A DNA stretch of 58,247 bases from a virus (Duplodnaviria; Heunggongvirae; Uroviricota; Caudoviricetes): IMG/VR virus record IMGVR_UViG_3300014205_000176, one strand, 5' to 3'. Shown here piece by piece: positions 32,448 through 40,990 of this stretch. Every line of letters begins with the position of its first letter. Positions within the stretch are counted from its first letter, which is position 1. A model generated the notes under the pieces. That model was not told where the DNA came from, did no database searches, and saw only the letters and a list, made by a program, of their open reading frames with translations. The position numbers and the translations under genes are program-made.

Positions 32448-33483
32448 TAAAGATGCTGTAGAAAGAATTCTGGAGGCTAAGACGAGACAACCAGAGCATC
32501 AGCGTTTGGATATGGAACCAAAAGTTGGTGGCAATTCATTGCTTCATGATGAATTCGGAATGCCGAAAGTTAGCGGTGGCCATAGGCGTAATGTTCCTGA
32601 AATAAAAGAGATTAGTGGTGAACCTGTTGTAGTAAAAGCCTCAAAACCAAGCTCTAAAATTTCTTTTAAGAAACCGAACCAACCAACTCAGCCAAAAGTC
32701 GAAGACGATGATCACTTCATACCTCCAAAGTCAAACTTTGTGGCTGTTGGTCATGTAGAACATTCTTGGTATGATGATAAAGTAGCTGGACCATCTGTAG
32801 TGGATAATAATGAAGAAGTTGATATTGAGAAACTACAGGGACTAAATCCATTAGTTGATATTGACAATGCTAAGATTGCAAAATCTGTAGAGTTCTTCAG
32901 AAAGAAATTGACGTATGTCAAGAATTTCACTGTAACTGAACTGGCCGAAGTTAACGACGAACAAGACCTATCAGATCTTAAAGTAAAAATCTTTGGCAAT
33001 AAGGGTATATTCACAGATATCCTCAAGAAATTGGGTTCACTGAAAGCAGCAGATAGACCAGTAATTGGAGAACTTGTCAACCTGGTGTATTCAGAGCTTC
33101 AATTGGAGATTGAAGGCAAGGCTTATGAGTTAGAATCTGAGGCGGCGGAGGCTAACGAGGTCACCGAATGGCCAGAGGATATGGCGGTCATTACACGAGA
33201 CGAAGAGCCGGATGAAGAAGATGAAGATGAAATACCGGATGAAGAAACAGAAGAGAATGAAGCAGATGATGAAGAATCTTCTAATTCATCTTCAGATTCC
33301 CAAACCGTTCCCGAAGGACACTATGCAATCATTGTGGATGGGAAGTTGCTAAATATTGTAGAAAGTGCCAATAAGGCCAGCGATGTCATTTCACATCTGC
33401 TATTGAGTGAAAATTTGACTCTTGATAGTATTCAATTAATCAAGAGGATTAAGATTGATTTCGGAATAATTCTGGGAGAATAA
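32437..33483 (+). CDS. acidic protein containing a PheRS-alpha N-terminal (tRNA-binding coiled-coil)-like domain
   Basis: DLSDLKVKIFGNKGIFTDILKKLGSLKAADRPVIGELVN matches the Phe_tRNA-synt_N pattern; no catalytic domain. Confidence 0.8.
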   Translation: MNDDKDAVERILEAKTRQPEHQRLDMEPKVGGNSLLHDEFGMPKVSGGHRRNVPEIKEISGEPVVVKASKPSSKISFKKPNQPTQPKVEDDDHFIPPKSNFVAVGHVEHSWYDDKVAGPSVVDNNEEVDIEKLQGLNPLVDIDNAKIAKSVEFFRKKLTYVKNFTVTELAEVNDEQDLSDLKVKIFGNKGIFTDILKKLGSLKAADRPVIGELVNLVYSELQLEIEGKAYELESEAAEANEVTEWPEDMAVITRDEEPDEEDEDEIPDEETEENEADDEESSNSSSDSQTVPEGHYAIIVDGKLLNIVESANKASDVISHLLLSENLTLDSIQLIKRIKIDFGIILGE

Positions 33484-34151
33484 TGGCTGACGGAGATAAA
33501 AGGGCGGCGACAGATATTCTATTATCTATAGAGTCTAAACTGATTACGCTAGATAAGCGAGTTCAGAATAGCGAATATCTATTAAAGAATTTATTAGGGA
33601 AAGCTAACAAGGCTCAATCTGTTCCACCGCCCGCTTCTTCTACAGCAGTTCCCAAGATGGCCGCTCCTTATCCAATTGATGTGATCAATAAAGATAATTT
33701 TGAGAGCAGACCGAAGACGAATAGATTTTCAGAGATAGCTGCAAGTCAGGGTCTAAACCTAGATGAGATGCCAAGTAATTATGTAGCGAAGCCTGCTGAG
33801 AATGGTGGGGATATGGTGGAGGCTTCTAAGCGTGGAACCTCACGTGGCCAGAGAGGTCCGAAACCTGGTCCAAAATCTACGGTAACCCAAGTATTGAATC
33901 GTGGAAATGAAGTGTTGTTTTTAGCTAATATAGAAGTTCTAGATACAAATAACGAACTTATAAGTCAAACAAGAACTAATACTAAAGGTCGATGGATGAT
34001 GTCGTTGGCCCCTGGAGATTATCAGGTACATGTCATCAAGAGATTTCCACCAGATAGTGGCAAGAAGTCAATTGATACTTTGTACCAGATTAGTGTGCCT
34101 CCCTCGGATATTCCGTTGGAGCTTGACCCATTCGTAGTTGATATGGGGTAA
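33483..34151 (+). CDS. hypothetical protein with a C-terminal prealbumin/carboxypeptidase-regulatory-like beta domain
   Basis: ANIEVLDTNNELISQTRTNTKGRWMMSLAPGDYQV. Confidence 0.7.
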   Translation: MADGDKRAATDILLSIESKLITLDKRVQNSEYLLKNLLGKANKAQSVPPPASSTAVPKMAAPYPIDVINKDNFESRPKTNRFSEIAASQGLNLDEMPSNYVAKPAENGGDMVEASKRGTSRGQRGPKPGPKSTVTQVLNRGNEVLFLANIEVLDTNNELISQTRTNTKGRWMMSLAPGDYQVHVIKRFPPDSGKKSIDTLYQISVPPSDIPLELDPFVVDMG

Positions 34152-34159
34152 TTTGGAAG

Positions 34160-34405
34160 GTGGTGGTTAATTTGTCTCAGTATAGATATGGAAAAAGAAG
34201 TACTTCGACAAATGAGCCAAATGTGATTAAGCGAGTTACTCCTCGCCTATCTCATGAGGCTGTCTCAGAAGAAGTTGAGAACATTCGAGAGTCTATTGAT
34301 AATATCAACAATCTACTCACAGATATATCTGAACTTTCAATTGAAGTTCAGGGAGAACTTGAGGGATTGGAAGAATCGTTGGTAAATCTTGAAGAGCAAT
34401 TATAA
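34160..34405 (+). CDS. hypothetical coiled-coil protein
   Basis: 81-aa ORF with a heptad pattern. Confidence 0.6.
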   Translation: MVVNLSQYRYGKRSTSTNEPNVIKRVTPRLSHEAVSEEVENIRESIDNINNLLTDISELSIEVQGELEGLEESLVNLEEQL

Positions 34406-34502
34406 AGGCTAGTCGAGAGGGCTGAGCCCGAGGCAATAAGGCTGGTAGATGCGTTTCTGTGACGTGTTTACCAGCCGTTGCTATTTGAACTAGGAACAAC
34501 AA

Positions 34503-34937
34503 ATGACTATTACTCTTTATACTGCATCATATTGGGAACCAGAAGTCCACGGACCAGGACGAAAGATTGGTATCTCTCCATCAAAACCAAAGAATTTACA
34601 AGAGGAATGTGGATACGATTGTTCTATCTGCCATGAATTCCTCTCCCCAGAGAATGTATATTGGGACTATCACAAAGCTAAGAAGGCCGCTGATGGTGAT
34701 GATGTCTTGATGAAGAAGGCTGGTGACGATTTTGTGATCGGGTACAAGAACCGCCTACAAGATTTCAAAACCACTCTTGAAAATGAATCTAAGCAAACTG
34801 GGCAGTCAATTCAAACTCTCATTGGTTTTGAAGATGGGGATACATTGCTGTCCTGGGAACGTGGTGGACATACGAGTTTCAGGGAACATGCTGCAGCTTT
34901 CTTACGCGAGTTAGGTTATGAAGTTATCGAACGTTAA
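34503..34937 (+). CDS. hypothetical protein
   Basis: 144-aa ORF with SD. Confidence 0.7.
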   Translation: MTITLYTASYWEPEVHGPGRKIGISPSKPKNLQEECGYDCSICHEFLSPENVYWDYHKAKKAADGDDVLMKKAGDDFVIGYKNRLQDFKTTLENESKQTGQSIQTLIGFEDGDTLLSWERGGHTSFREHAAAFLRELGYEVIER

Positions 34938-35256
34938 TGTTTTACGTGAAACAATAGATGAACTAGGGCTTGATCTTCAGGCAATTGCGGATGAACATGA
35001 TCAATATTGTTTGAAAACCTCTACCGAAGATGAAGCTATGAATTGGCTTCATTCCATGCCTATTGAAAACCTATCTGATTCTTTAAATAGGGAACATCAA
35101 AGACCGAGATCTAAGTATTCCCTTCATGACATGCGACATAAGTTTGCTTTACGCAAGTTACATGAGAAGAAGAAGGAAGAGTTGGATAGACTGAAGATTG
35201 ATCTTAATATTGCAATGATTGATTCTATTATTTCTAAGATTGAGAGTGTAAAATGA
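34918..35256 (+). CDS. hypothetical protein
   Basis: 112-aa ORF, overlapping packing. Confidence 0.6.
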   Translation: MKLSNVNVLRETIDELGLDLQAIADEHDQYCLKTSTEDEAMNWLHSMPIENLSDSLNREHQRPRSKYSLHDMRHKFALRKLHEKKKEELDRLKIDLNIAMIDSIISKIESVK

Positions 35257-35933
35257 AATTTAGAGTTATATGTAGTGATCCACCATATATGTTTTCAGAC
35301 CGATTGACGATGTCGGAAACAAAGCGAGGAGCAGCATCTATATATTCAACTTTATCTATCGAGGACTTAAAGGTATTACCAGTCAAGGATATTGCAGAAG
35401 ATGACGCTGTACTTCTGCTTTGGTGCCCATCCTCTCTAATAGAAGATGGTCTTGAAGTAATGAAGGCTTGGGGATTTAGGCAGACCCAAACTCATATCTG
35501 GGTTAAGACAAAGAAGTTTCATCTCCAGGATTTGCTTAAGTCAATTGTCAAGTGGTCAAAATCTGATAATAAACTAGTATCTATTGACGATCTACTGCGA
35601 AGATTCGTTCTAGAAGACGTATTAGCCTTTGGAATGGGCCGATTGTTCAGACAGACACACGAACTTGTATTAATTGGCGTTCGTGGTAAAGTATACAGTC
35701 ATCTAGTTAATAAATCTCAGAGATCGGTTCATTTCTTTCCAGCAACTAAGCATTCAGTAAAACCAGATTCATTACAAGATATGCTAGAAAAGATGTTTCC
35801 AGGGGAAGAACATCACAAGATAGAATTATTTGCTAGGAGAGATAAGACGGGATGGACTTGCGTTGGAAATGAATCTCCAAGTACGCCTGGAGAAGATATC
35901 AGAGTATCAATAGACAGATTGAAAAATACTTAA
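35253..35933 (+). CDS. MT-A70 family adenine methyltransferase
   Basis: VICSDPPY, AVLLLW, MKAWGF, WVKT, HSVKPD, KIELFARR. Confidence 0.9.
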   Translation: MKFRVICSDPPYMFSDRLTMSETKRGAASIYSTLSIEDLKVLPVKDIAEDDAVLLLWCPSSLIEDGLEVMKAWGFRQTQTHIWVKTKKFHLQDLLKSIVKWSKSDNKLVSIDDLLRRFVLEDVLAFGMGRLFRQTHELVLIGVRGKVYSHLVNKSQRSVHFFPATKHSVKPDSLQDMLEKMFPGEEHHKIELFARRDKTGWTCVGNESPSTPGEDIRVSIDRLKNT

Positions 35934-35946
35934 TGGTATTAGGAGG

Positions 35947-36025
35947 GTGGCAATTCCTCTCACAGGGGAGACTTCGCACCGTAGGTGCGTCCGGGCCAAA
36001 GGTCCGGAGTGGGTTTCCTTGCCAC
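35947..36025 (+). ncRNA. candidate structured RNA upstream of an HNH gene
   Basis: closing stem GTGGCAA/TTGCCAC; internal hairpins CGCACC-GTA-GGTGCG and TCCGGGCC-AAA-GGTCCGGA. Confidence 0.4.
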
Positions 36026-36032
36026 GATTTTC

Positions 36033-36578
36033 ATGAAAACTTTGCTGCTCGACAAAATGTATAGGCCTATTGCATTTCTTCCATTTCATAGAATGGTTCG
36101 TCTTGTCATGACCGAAAAGGCGGATGTCATCTCCGAGTGGAAGGGTATACCTATGTACAAGGGTATGGACTATCCGGCAGTTATCATTCTTAAGACTTAT
36201 GTTCGTAAGAAACCACTTATTCCAAGGTTCAATTTCCGTGGAGTATTTAGAAGAGATCTCTTTAGATGTTGTTATACAGGGGTTATATTACATCCATCTC
36301 AACTTACTGTGGACCATATAATTCCAAAAGCTCGTGGGGGAAAGAGTATTTGGGAAAATTGTGTCACGGCTTCTTTGTCAATTAATGCTGCTAAGGGTAA
36401 CAGAACACCGGAAGAGGCAGGTTTAAAACTACTTCGAAAGCCCACTGCCCCTGTTGATTCTTTAGCCCTGGAATATGCGGTAATTCCAAATCCTCACCCC
36501 GATTGGGAGATGTATTTCCCTGGGGTTAGGAGTGCTGCTGCCAGTATTCGCGAAGAATTAGATAGAATAGCATCATAG
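36033..36578 (+). CDS. HNH endonuclease (McrA-like)
   Basis: GVFRRDLFRC...LTVDHIIPKARGGKSIWENCVTA...NAAKGNRTPEEAG. Confidence 0.9.
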   Translation: MKTLLLDKMYRPIAFLPFHRMVRLVMTEKADVISEWKGIPMYKGMDYPAVIILKTYVRKKPLIPRFNFRGVFRRDLFRCCYTGVILHPSQLTVDHIIPKARGGKSIWENCVTASLSINAAKGNRTPEEAGLKLLRKPTAPVDSLALEYAVIPNPHPDWEMYFPGVRSAAASIREELDRIAS

Positions 36579-36610
36579 CTCAGTCATAGCGAACTGCCTT
36601 GATATAGTAT

Positions 36611-36641
36611 AGTGGTAGCTCGATACCTTACAAATTGAGAC
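36611..36641 (+). promoter_or_regulatory. motif A copy 3
   Basis: AGTGGTAG-CTCGAT-ACCTTACAA-ATTGAG-AC. Confidence 0.7.
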
Positions 36642-36685
36642 ATATATGGGATATTGACGTATCTCTATAGATTTGAGGCGGTACT

Positions 36686-36940
36686 ATGACTGAACTAGCT
36701 TTTCCAGCGCCGATGAACTGTCAGGGTTGTGGTAGTGAATGTTTTGAGCATGAACTCAAGACAGTGAAACTATCTGGCTTTGATAGTTCTATTGTAGTTT
36801 GTGGAACTTGCTTTTCGCGTACTGCCGAAGGTTCGTTCAAAGACGCTGCCGATATCTTGAAGGATGTCGTAAAAATCGCTGCATCTTCAAAGGACCCTGA
36901 GAAGCGCCTGCGAGCAATAAGATCTTTGCTCGGAGAGTGA
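36686..36940 (+). CDS. hypothetical Zn-ribbon protein
   Basis: CQGC...CGTC; SD GAGG. Confidence 0.65.
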   Translation: MTELAFPAPMNCQGCGSECFEHELKTVKLSGFDSSIVVCGTCFSRTAEGSFKDAADILKDVVKIAASSKDPEKRLRAIRSLLGE

Positions 36941-37069
36941 TAGCTATCGGGGTGCCATATTAAAATTATGACAAAGCACCTGATAATCAGGCGGATATCC
37001 GTTCCGTTTAATCCAATAATAAGTAAGGGCAAAGGGAATAGATGGGACTTGTCCACATAAGGCGGTGGA

Positions 37070-37492
37070 ATGATGGGAACATTCTTCGATAGGAAAGATG
37101 ATTACGGATACATTCGCTGGGCGCAAGAAGTAAAGCGCCGAGATAGCTATGCCTGTGTTATCTGCAATCGCAAAGGCACCGCCCTCAACTCACATCATCT
37201 CAATGCCTGGGCGGATTTCCCAGCAGAGCGATACGATGTTACTAATGGGGTTACCCTTTGTGTTTTTCATCATGAGGACTTCCATGCCAAGTATGGTAAG
37301 GGTGGTAATACAGAAGCACAATTCAAAGAGTATCGAGAGATTTCAGATATACTAATCAAGCTTGCCAACAAAGAGACGATAATCAATGTTACCTCTAGAA
37401 AAATGTTGCAGCAGGCAGAAAAGGATCATGTAGTCCAATCTATACTCAAAGACCTAGAGGATAAGTATGGCGATAAAGATGGATACGAATAA
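37070..37492 (+). CDS. HNH endonuclease
   Basis: WAQEVKRRDSYACVIC...SHHL...NGVTLCVFHHEDFH. Confidence 0.88.
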   Translation: MMGTFFDRKDDYGYIRWAQEVKRRDSYACVICNRKGTALNSHHLNAWADFPAERYDVTNGVTLCVFHHEDFHAKYGKGGNTEAQFKEYREISDILIKLANKETIINVTSRKMLQQAEKDHVVQSILKDLEDKYGDKDGYE

Positions 37493-37799
37493 CATGGAAC
37501 CAGTGGCAATTTGGTTACAATCTCTAGGTTTGTTGTTTAGAGCATGCGAACCTCTTACATTTGATTGTCGTCGCTCCGAAAAGGAACAAAAGGCATTGAT
37601 GCAAGATATAGAAAGTCATACTTACTATTGTGCTGATGTCAAAGAAGATATGGAGAATGAACGTAGACCAAAGACCTGGGATGAGTGGAATGATATGCGA
37701 AAGACTTACGTGGTCGAGGAAAGCTCAGTTGGCCTGGAACCTATCGACACCCGTGACTTTGGCAACGTCCTGACCAAGATATTTAATGGAATGGGCTAA
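37467..37799 (+). CDS. hypothetical protein
   Basis: 110-aa ORF. Confidence 0.6.
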   Translation: MAIKMDTNNMEPVAIWLQSLGLLFRACEPLTFDCRRSEKEQKALMQDIESHTYYCADVKEDMENERRPKTWDEWNDMRKTYVVEESSVGLEPIDTRDFGNVLTKIFNGMG

Positions 37800-37816
37800 A
37801 GTAGAAAGTAATTCTC

Positions 37817-38299
37817 ATGACCGATATGATTGTTCGTGTTCAGTTTGTTGGTTCCGTTAAGGTTGCTCTTCCAAAATACCAGACCACAGGCTCCGCCGGG
37901 TTTGATCTTCAAGCCGCCATCGACCGTCCAATCAAGTTGTCTCCTAGAGGTTTAGGTTCTCAGAATTGGGAGCTGATCCCCACTGGATTGTCTATGGAAA
38001 TTCCCGCAGGATTCGAAGCTCAGATTCGTCCGCGCTCCGGCTTGGCACTGAAGAGTGGGATCTCTATCGTGAACTCCCCTGGCACTATCGACTCTGATTA
38101 CCGCGGTCCAATTGGAGTTATCCTCATCAATCACGGGGTTGAGGCATTCACCATCAATCCATTAGATCGGATTGCTCAGATGATCATTTCTCCAGTTGTA
38201 CAAGTTCAACTGGAACTAGTGGATGTTCTCGGCGATACTGAGCGTGGGGCTGGTGGATTTGGTAGCACCGGCACTGGTTTCATCAAACACGGAGCTTGA
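37817..38299 (+). CDS. dut: trimeric dUTPase
   Basis: AGFDL, RPRSGLA, GTIDSDYRG, RIAQM, RGAGGFGSTG. Confidence 0.97.
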   Translation: MTDMIVRVQFVGSVKVALPKYQTTGSAGFDLQAAIDRPIKLSPRGLGSQNWELIPTGLSMEIPAGFEAQIRPRSGLALKSGISIVNSPGTIDSDYRGPIGVILINHGVEAFTINPLDRIAQMIISPVVQVQLELVDVLGDTERGAGGFGSTGTGFIKHGA

Positions 38300-38386
38300 T
38301 ATCAAAGTTGGATAAGGGAGCGATTTCAACTCTCGCATTCAAACTTTTAGAGACTGAGATAGACGATTTCTACAAGGTGAAAGCCT

Positions 38387-38863
38387 ATGAAAAATAATAG
38401 GGTGTATCTAGCTGGTCCGGATGTTTTCTTTCCAGACGTCGATGACCGCTCAGGAGTTCTCAAGATTCAGTGCGATCTTTGCAACTTAGAAGGCGTGTTT
38501 CCGCTTGATGCCAAGATTACGCTGGAAGAGCCAATCAATCAAGAGAAGAACGGCTACACGATTTTCGAGGGTAACCTTGGTCTCATTAGGTCGTGCGCGG
38601 CTGTTCTAGCCAACATTTCTCCATTCCGAGGCCCATCCGTAGATGCCGGCACCGCATTTGAGATTGGGTATGGTTTGGCAAGAGGTTTGATTGTGGCCTG
38701 TTACACCACACATCTTTCTCTCTACAAAGATCGAGTCGCCCCAGATGGATTGATGATCGAAGATTTCGGGATGATTGACAACCTAATGATTCATGGTGCG
38801 GCTAAGGGTAAGATATTTAAAGCCTCATCACAGGCTATAAAGTATCTTTCAGAATGTTTGTAA
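38387..38863 (+). CDS. nucleoside 2-deoxyribosyltransferase family protein
   Basis: VYLAGPDVF, DAGTAFEIGYG, NLMI. Confidence 0.9.
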   Translation: MKNNRVYLAGPDVFFPDVDDRSGVLKIQCDLCNLEGVFPLDAKITLEEPINQEKNGYTIFEGNLGLIRSCAAVLANISPFRGPSVDAGTAFEIGYGLARGLIVACYTTHLSLYKDRVAPDGLMIEDFGMIDNLMIHGAAKGKIFKASSQAIKYLSECL

Positions 38864-38864
38864 T

Positions 38865-39623
38865 ATGTCGATTCGAATAATCCAGGGCAACAACCTTGAT
38901 ATCCTTCCCGAGTTCCAAGATAAGAGCATCAATTTGATTTACATTGATCCTCCTTTCAATACCGGGAAAGTTCAGGCGCGGGCAGATAAGTCATACAAAG
39001 ACTCTTTTGATAACTTCAAGGATTTCATTGTCCCGAGAATTCAAGAGGCTCATCGACTCCTCGCTGATAATGGAAGTTTCTTTATTCATCTAGATTGGCG
39101 TGAATGTCATTACGTCAAAGTCTGGACAGATGAGATATTCGGTAGGGATAACTTCATCAACGAGATTATCTGGTCATTCGATTATGGTGGTCGCAGTAAG
39201 ACGAAATGGTCTGCAAAACACAATAACATCTTCTGGTATGCAAAGGATAGTAATAACTATACCTTCAATTACGATGAAGTTGATAGAATACCCTATATGG
39301 CTCCTGGATTAGTTGGGAAGGAGAAAGCCGCCATTGGAAAGACACCAACTGATTCTTGGTGGAATACAATAGTCCACACGAACGGCAAGGAAAAGACCGG
39401 ATACCCAACCCAGAAGCCTCTCAAGATACTGGAAAGGATTGTTAAAGTACATTCCAACCCAGGAGATTTGACAATGGACTTCTTCGCGGGAAGCGGATCA
39501 TTTGGAGAGGCTTCGGCTTTGAATTGTCGCAACTGCATACTGATCGATGAGAATCCTACAGCTATCGAGATTATGAAGAAGAGATTCTCATCTTTCGAAA
39601 GCGTAACCTGTCGAGAGGGCTAG
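38865..39623 (+). CDS. DNA methyltransferase (N4/N6, beta class)
   Basis: YIDPPF, YPTQKPLKILERI, DFFAGSGS. Confidence 0.93.
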   Translation: MSIRIIQGNNLDILPEFQDKSINLIYIDPPFNTGKVQARADKSYKDSFDNFKDFIVPRIQEAHRLLADNGSFFIHLDWRECHYVKVWTDEIFGRDNFINEIIWSFDYGGRSKTKWSAKHNNIFWYAKDSNNYTFNYDEVDRIPYMAPGLVGKEKAAIGKTPTDSWWNTIVHTNGKEKTGYPTQKPLKILERIVKVHSNPGDLTMDFFAGSGSFGEASALNCRNCILIDENPTAIEIMKKRFSSFESVTCREG

Positions 39624-39648
39624 TACGGAATGGTCTATTCATGTTGCC

Positions 39649-40203
39649 ATGTTTTCGAAGCAGAAACGTCTAGAGATATTAAGCGGTGAGGTTTCTAGGT
39701 GCATCTCTTGTAGATTGCACGAGGGCAGGGCCAACACGGTCTTTGGTGAGGGGGCTTTGGATGCCAAGGTGATGTTCGTTGGAGAAGCCCCTGGACAGAC
39801 TGAGGATGAGACTGGGCGTCCATTTGTTGGCAGGGCTGGGAAGCTCTTGGACAGCATGATCGCGAGCATCGGGCTGAAGCGCGAGGATGTCTACATAGCA
39901 AATATCTGCAAGTGCCGTCCGCCAGGCAATCGTAAACCCAAGCCAGATGAGATGGATGTTTGCAAGCCTTTCTTGTCAGTTCAGCTTGGTACAATAAAGC
40001 CTAAGGTTATTGTTGCGCTTGGCAATACTGCTCTTGAGGGGTTGACTGGGCGCGGGGAAATCTCGAAGCGGTGTGGGGAGTGGGAGGATTGGTTTGGGTG
40101 GAAGCTGATGCCTTGCTACCATCCATCGGCGCTGTTGAGGAATCCTAATTGGAAAACTCCGGCGGGGAATGCGCTCCAAAAGGTCGCAAAGGAGCTGTTA
40201 TGA
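39649..40203 (+). CDS. uracil-DNA glycosylase family 4
   Basis: CISC, FVGEAPG, GRPFVGRAG, KCRPPGNR, YHPS. Confidence 0.95.
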   Translation: MFSKQKRLEILSGEVSRCISCRLHEGRANTVFGEGALDAKVMFVGEAPGQTEDETGRPFVGRAGKLLDSMIASIGLKREDVYIANICKCRPPGNRKPKPDEMDVCKPFLSVQLGTIKPKVIVALGNTALEGLTGRGEISKRCGEWEDWFGWKLMPCYHPSALLRNPNWKTPAGNALQKVAKELL

Positions 40204-40526
40204 TCTCCGTAACGGAATTCCATAAGCAATGGGCTGAAAGACATGACTTTGAATATGACGATGCCGATTTCTTATCAAAGAAGTTTCCAAACATACTATT
40301 CAAACATATTCCTCAAGCATGGGTCTGTTGTATATACGACCATTTATATTTGATAGAAGATTTACAAAAGGTTGTATCTGTATCTCAAATATTCGGATTT
40401 CCAGTTATTCAATACGAAAATGATATAGGGGATGATGATTTCCATATAATAAATGATATGGAAAACAGCATTTTGTGCATAGATGTAGATTTACATAAGC
40501 AGCTTGAAGCAGTGGTTCTAAATTAG
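40200..40526 (+). CDS. hypothetical protein
   Basis: ATGA overlap with udg; SD GGAG. Confidence 0.65.
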   Translation: MISVTEFHKQWAERHDFEYDDADFLSKKFPNILFKHIPQAWVCCIYDHLYLIEDLQKVVSVSQIFGFPVIQYENDIGDDDFHIINDMENSILCIDVDLHKQLEAVVLN

Positions 40527-40548
40527 GACTTTTCAAAGGTAGAATCGA

Positions 40549-40574
40549 TAGCTTGATACCTTACAAATCGAGAC
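40549..40574 (+). promoter_or_regulatory. motif A copy 4
   Basis: TAG-CTTGAT-ACCTTACAA-ATCGAG-AC, preceded by AAAGGTAGAATCGA. Confidence 0.7.
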
Positions 40575-40592
40575 AATTAGGATAACCCAACG

Positions 40593-40901
40593 ATGGCGCG
40601 AAAAACCAAAAAGAAGTTCTTCATCAAAGAGGTAGAGGGCATTCATACGGTCACTGAGGAGTTTTTTAGTGATATTGAGAGCCGTGATGAAGCTTTGGTA
40701 CTTGCTATTCGAGCACTTGATGAAATTCATACCACCCTCAAAGAAGAGGTTGGTGGCGACTCCATGGTAATTGGTACCATGAAGGTGACGACTGGATTAC
40801 AGCGCAGCTTGGAAGAGTTGGATAAGCGCTGGCCAAGTCTTCTGGAGCAGATGTACTCCACGCCCAGAAACATTGATGGGCATAAAATTACCTTTAATTA
40901 G
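40593..40901 (+). CDS. hypothetical protein
   Basis: 102-aa ORF after motif A. Confidence 0.7.
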   Translation: MARKTKKKFFIKEVEGIHTVTEEFFSDIESRDEALVLAIRALDEIHTTLKEEVGGDSMVIGTMKVTTGLQRSLEELDKRWPSLLEQMYSTPRNIDGHKITFN

Positions 40902-40907
40902 GACAAA

Positions 40908-40956
40908 GGTAGCTCGATACCTTTAAATCGAGACTAAATCAAGACTAAATCAAGAC
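40908..40956 (+). promoter_or_regulatory. motif A copy 5 with a tandemly triplicated 3' arm
   Basis: GGTAG-CTCGAT-ACCTTTAA-ATCGAG-AC then TAAATCAAGAC x2. Confidence 0.7.
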
Positions 40957-40990
40957 AGATATTCTAGACCGCAATTAACAATAGGACATA

